Positions 51,099 through 62,600 of a stretch of 64,000 nt of DNA are shown in pieces. The stretch spans positions 72,788,001-72,852,000 of the forward strand of contig OZ024746.1 in the NCBI GenBank assembly GCA_964016885.1, read 5' to 3'. Position 1 is the stretch's first letter. Each line of letters opens with the position of its first letter. This stretch comes from Eledone cirrhosa. Taxonomy: Eukaryota. Below the pieces are notes generated by a model, which did not search any database, was not told where the DNA came from, and worked only from the letters and a program-made list of their open reading frames with translations. Both the position numbers and the translations under genes were made by a program.

Positions 51099-53057
51099 TG
51101 TTTTCCTTTTTCAGTGTGGTCTACCTCTGGTAGTAGGGTCCGTACCATAGATAGAACTAAATGTAATCCAGTAAAATCCATAGAGAAGTTCTGTGTTTTT
51201 CTGAGTTAATTCTTTAGATACAGAATCAGATATTAGGTATTAAATTAACAATGAAAATAAAAACAACAAAGTTATAAAGTAACTTGACTTTGTTGTTTTT
51301 ATTTTCATTGTTAATGTAATACCATATATATATATATAAAAGTAAAAAACAAAAACAATAACAAAGAGTGCAGTACGAACAGTGTTGGTATTACTTGAGA
51401 GTGGGGTGTTATATATATATATATATATATATACAGAGAACTTCAAGACCGGCTGCCCGTGGGAACTCCTATACGCAGATGATCTAACGCTCATAGCTGA
51501 ATCAATGGCTGGACTAGAGAAGAAATTCCAAACATGGAAGCATGGCCTAGAATCAAAAGGCCTTAAAATTAACCTGTCTAAGACTAAAGTTCTAGTTTGT
51601 AGGAAGGAAAATAGGGCACCGGTCCCATCTGGGAAATGGCCATGCTCAGTGTGTAGGAAAAGAGTAGGCAGAAACTCCATTTTATGTCCCAAATGCAAAG
51701 TATGGGTGCATAAAAGATGTAGTGGGATCACAGGTAAGCTAACTAAGAATATAGATTTTATATGTGGCCGGTGCTCTGGTGCAATAAGTAGCAGCAAGTG
51801 CCCACAGAATACTAGCTCATTCCATTGCACAGATGGTTCTATAGAAATAGTGGACAGCTTCCGTTACCTGGGTGACAAAATCAGCAGTGGTGGAGGGTGC
51901 TCCGAAAGTACAGTAGCTAGAGTCAGAATGGGATGGAAAAAGTTCAGAGAGCTTATACCACTATTGGCCGCTAAAGGGTTCTCTCTAAAAATGAAAGGCA
52001 GGCTGTATGATGCCTGCATACGAACAGCAATGTTACATGGCAGTGAGACTTGGGCATTGTGTGCAGAGGATATATGCAGACTGGAGAGGAATGAAGCTTG
52101 CATGCTCCGCTGGATGTGTAATAGTAATATACGTGAACAGCAAAGCATAAACAAACTAAGGGAGAAATTAGGAATAAGAGGGATCAGATGTTGTTTACTT
52201 GTTGGTACGGTCACGTGATGCGCATGAAAGACAACAGCTATATAAAAAAGTGCAGGGTGATAAAAATAGACGGTAGCCACGGAGTAGGCAGACCCAGAAA
52301 AACCTGGGACGACTTGATAAATTCCGACCTCACACACTTACACCTCTCCAAGACAATGTCACTGGACCGAGATCTTTGGCGCTACACAGTAATACAGAAG
52401 ACCCGCCTTGCCTAAGTACAAAGTGAAACCTACAGTCAGTAGGCACCTCTAACCAAAACACACCCCTGTCCCACTACCCCCACCATATCCACACCACTCC
52501 TTTCAATGTAAAGTTATGTTGGTACCACAACATCCAATCCGAAACAAATGAGGTCGTGTAGGTGTCACGACAAAAAAACCACACAGTCCACGCTGTAATG
52601 TGGCCGTGTAGGTAACACGGTAAAAACCTCCCAGTCCACACTGTAAACGTGGTTGGTGTTAGGAAGGGCATCCAGCCGTAGAAAACCCACCAGACAGTCC
52701 TATACGAGCAAGACAACCAATCTTGCCTCAACAGGGAAAATTCCCGTCTAAACCCATGCAAGCATGGAAGATGGACGTTAAACGATGATGATGATGATAT
52801 ATATGCGCAGTATGACTAGAAGCTTGCTTCCCAACCACATGTTTCCGGGTTCAGTCCCACTGCCCGGGCTAACCAAAGCCCTGTGAGTAGATTTGACAGA
52901 CCAAAACTAAAAGAAGCGCGTCGTATATATGACTGCGTGTGTCTTTGCGTTTGTGTTTTCCCTCCCACCAATGCTTGTTGGTTTGTTGACGTCCCCATAA
53001 CTTACCAAGTTGATGCTCTGGCATGGGCGTAGTCCAGTGACAGAAAAAAGTAAAGTG

Positions 53058-53092
<35 letters not shown>

Positions 53093-53573
53093 AGAAGAGG
53101 GGCCTCAAACTCAAGGACATAAAAGGGCCATTACGTCCTGGAGGAGAGGCACAGTGGGCTAAACGTGGTGGTGGGTGATGATTTTCACCAGTTATAATCA
53201 TTTCTACTACAGGCTCAAGACATGAAATTTGGGGTTTAGGGGTACTTAATTTATTGACCCCAAAAGGATGAAAGGCAAAGTTGAGATCAGCGGAATTTGA
53301 ACTCAGAACGTAAAAATGGAAGAAGTACCGCAAAGCATTTCGCCAGATGTGCTAACGATTCCACCAGCTCACTGCCTTATTTTCACCAGTTATAATGGAA
53401 TTTGAAATATTGATTCTACCACGGGCCATAGAAAAATAGTTCACAGGCCGCATGTTTGAGCCCCCTGTTGGAGAGGTAGATAGATAGATAGACGTGTACC
53501 AAACACACACACACAAGTTTGTGTGTGTGTTTGTGTGTGTGTATGTGTGTGTGCGTAAATGTGTGTGCCTATC

Positions 53574-53622
<49 letters not shown>

Positions 53623-56600
53623 GATACAGATATTGTTTGCTCACTGTCACCAAGCATCTCAATTCATTTGTTGCAACTAAGTTTGTGATCGAGGCACTTT
53701 ATTTTGCAAGGTACTATTTTCCCTTGAGTTTGTGATTTCAGAGAAAGGTAAGGAATTTTTCATATTTTGCATCTTTTGTATTTTGACTTTACAGTTTGAA
53801 TTGTAGAATTGTTTATCCAATCAAAATATTACAACAGCTATCAGTGAAATATAGAATTTAAAAAAAAGAAGCTTTTTCGAATGAGATCAAGTCTTTGAGA
53901 ACATTCACGTCTATTTTTCAAATATATATAATTTGAAATAGTTTGCTTTTGTTTTGGACTGAAACTTTTTTGTATTTAATTCGTACGAGTATTTTTTAAA
54001 GATTTTTTAAAAGATTCTAACATACTTTGGCCCAGTAATCTACTGATATCAAAATCAGTAGTATATTGAAAAATGGAAAAATAGGGTAGGGGGCGTTTCG
54101 TGATTTTGAGAGGCAAAAGGGGGCGTTTGGCTGAAATGGGTTGAGAACCTGTGGTTTAGATCAAGTAATTTGAGTTCACATACAAATAGCAGTTTTGGTA
54201 TATTAACTGGATATTAGATAAAATCTATAATATAAAGCCGAAGGCCGTATGTATGCAACAAACTTTTCGCCAAACGCACCAAATTTGCACCATAGATGTA
54301 ACTTTTTCTAAGTAAAAAAGTGAGGGTATTTTTGTCTATTGAATTTTGTAAAAAAGATTAAAGACATTATTTAAATATTCACTTCTTTAAAATTTCAAAT
54401 GTCAACACTTCTGGTTATATGACATTCCTCACTTTTTCTTATGACATCGCACAACATTGCCCTATTTTTCTTAGTCTGTCTTTTTAGATAGATACATAGC
54501 TATAACATAGCACCCTTATAATATGTCCCTGTATGTCTGGCTGTCTGCATTAGATAACGTTTTTCGAAATTTTTACTTCTGCGTTCACAGATTGATTTTT
54601 TTAGTATCAGAAGATCCCGTTAAGGGTGAAAACCTTTGCTTAAACTTTAATCTGTTATTTTAATATATATATTCGTGTACAGATATTTTTGCATACACAA
54701 AAACAAAAACCTATTTATTCCACGAAAGCACAGACGGCTTTTCGTCATTGTTACTCTTCGAGGTTAGAGGACCACAGTCTTTCCAAGTTCTGAGAACCAT
54801 CAATGGCCATCAATGTTCCACTTACCATTTGGCTTGCCAGATGCGTGGTATGTTACACGATAACAGCCATTGGCACCCCACCCTGCAAGAAGCAGCAACT
54901 GCTAAAGTCCCTTCTCAGCTGCGAAAACCTTTTGCTATTATGCTGCACAACTGCGATTTCGCGGACCCTCTTGCACTGTGGAACAACCACCGTGAAATTC
55001 TAGCTGAGTGGGACGGGAACTGATTCTGGCTTGATTTCTACAGCTGGATCTCCTTCCTAATGCCAACCTCATTTACAGTGAGTGCTGGGTGCTTTTTTTC
55101 CATGGCGCCTACACGTCCACTTTACAGTGTGGGCTGGGTGTTTTTTTGCCGTGGCACCTCCACGACCACTTTGCAGTGGAATGATAGGGACCCAAGTCCC
55201 TATCATCTCATTTCTACAGCTGAGTAAACTGGAGCAATGTGAAATAAAGTGTCTTGCTCAAGGAAACAACACATCCCCCGGTCTGAGAATTGAACTCACA
55301 ACCTTTCGATTGCAAGGCCAATGCTCTAACCACTAAGCCATGTGCCTATCATATTTAAAAAATATAAGGTGAACAAGATTACAAATTTTACTAATTAATT
55401 ATTATCTTATTTTTTATGTGTTTATGTTGAACCAAGACCATTCTTTTTAATAACAAACGTGTTGTAGTGTTTTGTGTTGGACCTCCGTCGGTGGCAACAG
55501 TGAATATTCCAGTTGTAGGATTAACGGAACAGCTAGCTGGCGATATTAACATGGAAGTGGTAGTAGTAGTAGTAGCAGCAGAAATAGTAGTAGTAGTACA
55601 AGAAGTAGTTCTAGAAGTAGTTAGTAGTAGTGGTAGTAATAGTACTGGCAGTTGTAGTAGTAGCAATATCAGAAGCAGTAGTAGTACTAATAATAGTAGA
55701 GTGGTAATAGCAGCACCAATCTTACTATGATATTCATACAATAGTCGTTTAGTCTGGAAACACAACCATTTCCCTTTCTCCACTGTCCCAATCCCAATGT
55801 ACTATATAGTCATATTCTGTCAAGTAAGCCAGTTAAGAAAAAACCCAAAACAAAAACAAAAACCAAACAAAGTCACCTGTAGCAAATTTTTGGGGTAGAA
55901 ACACAAAATAATGTTGTCATTTTTCTACAACAATTTTCCAAAGGTCACACCTGGTGTAAGTGACTGTTCCCATGAACCTCCCCCTCCACCTTCAAGACAA
56001 GTGATACGTTTCCTTATGTATCTTACGAGTACAAGGAAATTAATACAAGGCAAAACGTTGGAGCCAATATATTTAAATTATAACCTTTTATGGTGGAGTG
56101 CTAGCATGGTTACAGTGTATTGAACTGAAACCAATAAAAGTATGTAACTAATAAAGCACCGTCATTGGTGAACACTTTTATCAATAAAAGTTATGTCTGT
56201 TTTAAAAGTGGTTGAAGTGTAGATGTATGTAAATGATTAATGGAAGAATCGAGCTCTTGACTTAACTTCATTCCTTAGTTATATCTGTTTTACGACAGAT
56301 GTTGTTACGGTCTTTTAAAATGGTACAAATATTACAGTGTCATTTGATATTTGTGTGTGATATCAATATTTCAATCCATCTAGGCTTCACAAAACAACAG
56401 GTATATTGGTAAAAGAACCACATGGATTATGTAGCAGGCAAAGGAATAATGTAACTTTTAGTGATAATGTGTTTCATTAGATTCCAGTATGTACATTTGA
56501 ATTGGGTGAAGGAGCAAAGAATTTCTGATTATTTGCCAATTGAACTGGTTTTCTTGTAGTTTTCCAGATATCAACAAAATATCTCTATCATTATGTGACA

Positions 56601-59390
56601 ATGCTGTGTTTTATGTTGGAGTGCTGCGTTTCTATAGTTTGAAAGAGTGGAAGATGGAGAGGGTTTTATTAGAACTATACCTCATGAAATTTTACTTTTA
56701 ATGAGCCATATGTGAAGCCTGTTTATGTTATATCTATTATCAGATCTGAATGACAATTGTGTCCCTGGGGTAATTGTGACTTTGGTAGACTTACTTTTTG
56801 AGGATGCGGTACTGCTATAATACCTGAGGCATTATAAGAGAACAGATTTGCAGCCATTTAAGTAATATTGAAATCTAGAAAAATATTGTTTGGGTATTTT
56901 ATGCAAGAGCTATGAAATTGAGTTTTAGATATTGGGAAAGATGACCACTGTAGCTTTCTAATTTAGTCTGTTAACATAGAAATGTATTAGAAATGAGGCC
57001 TGAAAAACACATGTTAAGTTTATAAGTGCATTGGTGGCTGCTATAAAGGGTACACAAAAATTCTAAATCTATGTTCTGGGAAAATGAAATAAGAATTAAA
57101 AATGAGAAATGGTTTCTAGTTGGTTGTTTGATTTCGTTCATATGATTTTCGAAAGGCGAAATTGAATGAAACCATCTCTTCCAGAAGACCAATATTAGAA
57201 ATTTAAAATGTTATTAAAAGTCAGAAGTTAGAAGCTGAAACTTAAATTAAATAGATTAAACAATAAAAAGCTATCAAAAATGGAAATAAAAGTGAATACC
57301 CATTCTCTAAAATTTACAACAACATTAAAAATAAATAAATAAAAAAACCTCGAAAGATTGGAAGAGATGTTTAAATATATCACACTTACCCTCAAGTAGT
57401 ACTCCAATGTTGGCTAGAAAGAATAGAAAAAGACAAGATTATGAGAGTAACGAACAGAAAGAGAATACATAAATTGACATTCTATAAGTAAATAAAGAGA
57501 TATCATGGGCCGCGATATGGAAAACTGTATTGATATTTCAGAAGAAAATTAACCATTTCGATACCAAACCGCCCGAAGCAGCAACTGGTTCTAACATACA
57601 AAGCTGTTTTATTTTCTTACAATATTGATATTTATTTTAAAATCTTCCATCATAAATCTATGTAAGAACATTTGTAAAGTTACACTGAAACATTAGATGA
57701 GAGAGTTATATTATTTAATTGACTCAAATTTTTGATTATTGTGAAAATTATTTAAATATTATAGGCAGTGTATTTCATTAGAGATATGGTAATGAAAGTG
57801 TTAATAATATTGAATATCATGAGTATTGACATTAGAGTCATAGGAACATGATCCCTATAACATATCCTCATCTATAAAGGTCCAGAAGAGACACACATTT
57901 AAGTAGTGGAAACTAAAGTGAGCTTGACACAAAGCACGGTCAACCAGGATCTTATAGATTGGGGCTACATCAGTTTCAACAATCAGTGTTCCCATTGTTT
58001 AGTCAACTTAACAATCTGTTTATGAAATTAACGTGTATGTGGTTAGACATTCCACAGACACGTGTACCCTGGATGTAATTCCCTGGAGGAATCAGCATGA
58101 CATATTGTTTGACAAGGTTTGTCATTTGAATTACATATACAGTATTTTCGACGGGCTTCCAAACAGTTTCCTTCTGCCCATATTTTTGGTCAAAAATCAA
58201 TCCCGTCATCCAACTATGAAAAGATAAACCTGAATAGATCATGAACCCAAAGTCACGGTCTAGATCAACTATCGATGGATGATTTCGCAGAACATTGCTA
58301 AAAAATAAAATCATTGTTCAAATAATATTTTGTTATCTCATATAAAACATAATGAACATTTTATTTATAAGGGAGATAATAACATACCATGCAGTACCTT
58401 TTGTATGCATCTCTTCTTTCTAGAAAACAAAGATGAAAAATTATTAATTTGTAAATAAATGTTGTTAATTTAGTGTTATGAAAGAGACAGGAAATAGAAT
58501 AGACATTCAACAGTTTTAACGTTGAGTGTTACTATTGTTCAATCAACGGAACAGCTTGTTCGAGAAAATTATATCGAAGTGGCTGAGCATACCATAGGTA
58601 CGGAATTTCAATGTGATATATCATTTTAGCCCTGTGTTGAAATCAAACGGAAATTTACTTTGACTTTTAATCATTTTGTTTGAAAAAATAGACAGCAACC
58701 TACACCTTGGGTTGATTATATCGACTAGGCATTTCAACGTAAGGCCCTTTTACTGATAATGTTGTAGGGACGTCGTCATAACATATGACCTGTCACGTGC
58801 GAATAAACCTGACGGAGTCTTTTCCTCTGCAGGTCTGAAAAGACGCAATTCCCGAGAGTTAAATATTGACTCCTAGTAGAGGGACATTGTTTACTTTGAA
58901 ATGATGAAAGGCAAGTCTGGCTTTGGAGGAATTTGAACTCAATGAGAAGAGAGCCGGAACGAATATCATAAAGCATTTTATCTACATTGTAATATGTGTG
59001 TGTATGTGTGTATCCGTGTGTATGCGTGTGTATGTTTTGTAATACATTTATGAATATATATTTTTGCGGTTTATTTAATTTATTACGACTTGATTTAGCA
59101 AAATAAATTATCTATATATCTAAAACAGAGAATGTCTGTCTGTCTGACTCCCTAAAACCCGAGAACCACCCAACCGATTATTTTCAAACTTTACACATGT
59201 AATACTTATTTTCAATGTCCTAAGGACCGCATTAGGCGATTTAGTGATCTCTCTCTATAATTCTTAGTCTTTCTTTTTAGATAGATGCATAGATATATCG
59301 TTGCGTCCTTATAATATGTCTGTATGTCTTGCTGTCTGCATTACAGCATTATGACGCTGTGTGTGTGTGTGTATATATGTATATATATAT

Positions 59391-59426
<36 letters not shown>

Positions 59427-59538
59427 GTGTGTAACGTTTTTCAAAATATTTACTTCTGCGTTCACAGATTGATTTTTTTAGTTTCAGAAGATCCCGTTAA
59501 GGGTGAAAGCAGCGATTCTTTGCTTAAACTTTAATCTG

Positions 59539-59621
<83 letters not shown>

Positions 59622-62600
59622 TATCTTCATGTACAGATATTTTTGCATACACAATAACAAAATATAAACAAACGTATTTATTTCACGAGGCTCGATAAGG
59701 ATAAATATATATCAAATATATAAGAACCCTAGAGCAAATCCCAAGCAACGCTGGGCCATTCTGCTAGTACTATATATTATATATTTTTATGTAAATATAT
59801 ATAGTGTTCCAGTTTTGGGAGAGACCAAAGAACCTATTCATTAAATTGATGTGTAAGTGGCTGAACATTCGATAGAGACATGTATCTTTAACGTAATTCT
59901 CATGAAGATTGAGTGTAAGATCGTGTAACAATGCTGACCTTTTGAATTACAGGTACAGTCCATTACCAGTCTCCAAACTATTCCTGTCCACCCAGTTTCA
60001 TTTCACTAACAAGGCATGGATCAACCCAGGTAATGGTAAATAGTATTTGCTAATAGCAATGTAGTGGCCACAAAATTATAATATAGTCATAAGAAATACA
60101 GAGTAGTACACTTACTTCGTGGCATTCTTTTCTTTATCACATTCTGTAGAATGGAGAAAAAAATATATTAATCATGTTACTCTAGACCAAGTAATTTGAG
60201 TTCACATACAAATAGCAGTTTTGGTATATTAACACTTCCGGTTAGCGATCGCTTAAATAAACATTCATAGATTTCCGTCACATTACATATGCTAGCAGAA
60301 AACCACCCTAGGGTGGTTTTCTGCTAGCATGTGTAATGTGCATATGGATATTATACGCAAGTATATATGCATGTAGATATGATACATCAAATAAAATCGT
60401 AATTCACAATATACAAAGAAATTGAATGAAGGCTGCGTAACATTAAAAAAAGACGATATTATATATAAACTGCATCAGGAGAAAATTAGTAACGGAAATA
60501 TATGAATGTTTATTTAAGCGATCGCTAACCGGATGTGTCGACATTTGAAAATTTTAAAGAAGTGAATCTTAAAATAAGCAACAATATTCCTCATCATCAC
60601 CGTTTTACGTTCGTTCTTCCACGCTAGTATGGGTTAGACAGGTTGTCCTGTTGTGGGCAGTGTCCGGTCGGCTGACCATGCCTTGCTCATACGGGAACCG
60701 ATTCTGGCTTGATTTCTAGAGCTGGATGCCCTTCCTAACACCAACCTCATTTACAGTGAGTGCTGGGTGCTATTTTTCTGTGGCGCCTACATGTCCACTT
60801 TACAGTGTGGGCTGGGTGCTTTTTTAAAATTTATATTTAATCAAGAATAACATAATTAGTAGATAAATGATATAATATTCATTCATTGGTGAATTGGCAG
60901 TATCGGTAGAGGGTTGGATTATGCTTTCCAGCATAGTTACGTCCCTTTACGATCTGAGTTCAATTCCCGCCGAGGTTAACTTTGTCTTTCATCCTTACGG
61001 GGTCGATAAAATAAAGTACCAGTAATGTACTGGCATAATTGCTGGCCTTGTGCCAAAAAGTAGAAACAATTATTTTACAAATGGGATAAAAAAATATATT
61101 CTCCTTACTTTATTATAATTTAGATATTAGATAAAATAACCAATAAAACCAAAACAAAACAAACCAAGAATGTTTATCATATTTAAAAAAATATAAGGTG
61201 AACTAGATTACAAATTTTACTAATTAATTATTATCTTAGATTTTATGTGTTTATGTTGAACCAAGACCATTCTTTTTAATAACAAACGTGTTGTAGTCTT
61301 TTGTGTTGGACCTCCGTCGGTGGCAACAGTGAATCTTGCAGTTGTTAGATTAACAGAACAGCTAGTTGGCGATATTGACGTGGAAGTGGTAGTACCGTCA
61401 GCGTTGATAGTAGGAGAAGTAGTAATAGTTTAGACTAAAGGTTAGATTTTGTTGATTAGAATCTATGATCAAAGTCTTTCTGATCATGACCACCCCCTTC
61501 TGGTTTCCAAGGCTAGTGTATCTAGTATGATAATGTGTGATTCGAAGTGTTTTGCTGCTATTTCTAGCAGGTCGTGTAACCACACAGAGGCTCCATCAAA
61601 GGCTCATGTGGTCAGTTGTTTTACAATGTATATCTTTTACATATTTGTGAGCCAATTGAATCAGAGCTTAGCAGTGCAAATGAATTCTGGGTAGCCAATT
61701 GTGGTGGAACATAGAGGTCTGTCACTGTCAGTTAGACATACCAATGTTACTAAGGGAATAGGAAGTTCCATTATTTCAGTCAGATACACTTCTAATAATT
61801 CTCGTGAGACAAACATAGATGGATAGATAACTTCTAATAATTCTCGTGAGATAGACAGATAGATAGGTAGATGGAGAGGGAGAGAGAGGGGAGTAATTGA
61901 GAGTGAGAGAGAAGGAGATAGATAGATAGAGATGTAAATATTGATTTCTTATTTTGCGCTAAGAACACATTTGTATAGTTGATTGGATCCAAACCAATAA
62001 ATTAGTGACATTCACAACATAAATATATCCATAACAACGGTAGATTGGTAGTATTGGTAGGGAGACGGACAACATGCTTTAAGGCATATAGTTATGTCCC
62101 TTTACATTCTGAGTTCAAATACCACCGAGGTTAGCTTTTCCACAATGTCGCTGTGTAGTAGAAATCCCGCTGAGGTTAGCTTTCTCCTTTCTCTTTCTCA
62201 GTGGTCAATGAAATAATTGCCAGTTATGTGTTGTGTGTCAATCTAATCGAATACATTAAATCTTCAGCCCAACATCTCTTGAATTGTTTTTAGAGAAGTC
62301 ATTAATTTTTTTTATAACAGAGGTATAAAAGGTCAAGATAAACTCAATGGGGTTTGAACTCGGCATGGAGAAAGAAGAAACTATACTAATAGTCGCTTAG
62401 TACATTTTCTGCTACTCCCTTACTTTCTGTCACACCAGTCTTACTATAATATTTATACAATAATTCTTTATTCTGGAAACACAACCATTTCCCTTTCTCC
62501 ACCGTCCCAATCCCAATGCTGTCAAGCAAGCCAGTTAAGAAAAAATCCCAAAACAAAGAAACCGGTAAAAACACGAAAGAATGTCATCAGTTTCTACAAC

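Larger units (their letters stand above)
49988..54153. mobile_element. hAT (Charlie-like) relic inserted at an NTCTAGAN site, containing nested PLE, RTE and SINE insertions
   Basis: Termini caaaggttctcaa / ttgagaacctgtg with imperfect TSD ctctagat / gtttagat. Paralogous introns read straight through (ttactctagaccaagtaatttgag). Confidence 0.65.

Noticed and set aside
55391-55783. Leu/Thr-rich ORF resembling a signal peptide or mucin
   Set aside because: Derived from a (TAG/CAG)n microsatellite whose length and frame vary among paralogous introns (31100, 42840, 61390).
56795-56823. Candidate 29-nt minus-strand exon (cag|GTATTATAGC...CAAAAA|gtaagt)
   Set aside because: It would break the reading frame between exons C and B, lies within a decayed LINE, and has no paralog in other units.
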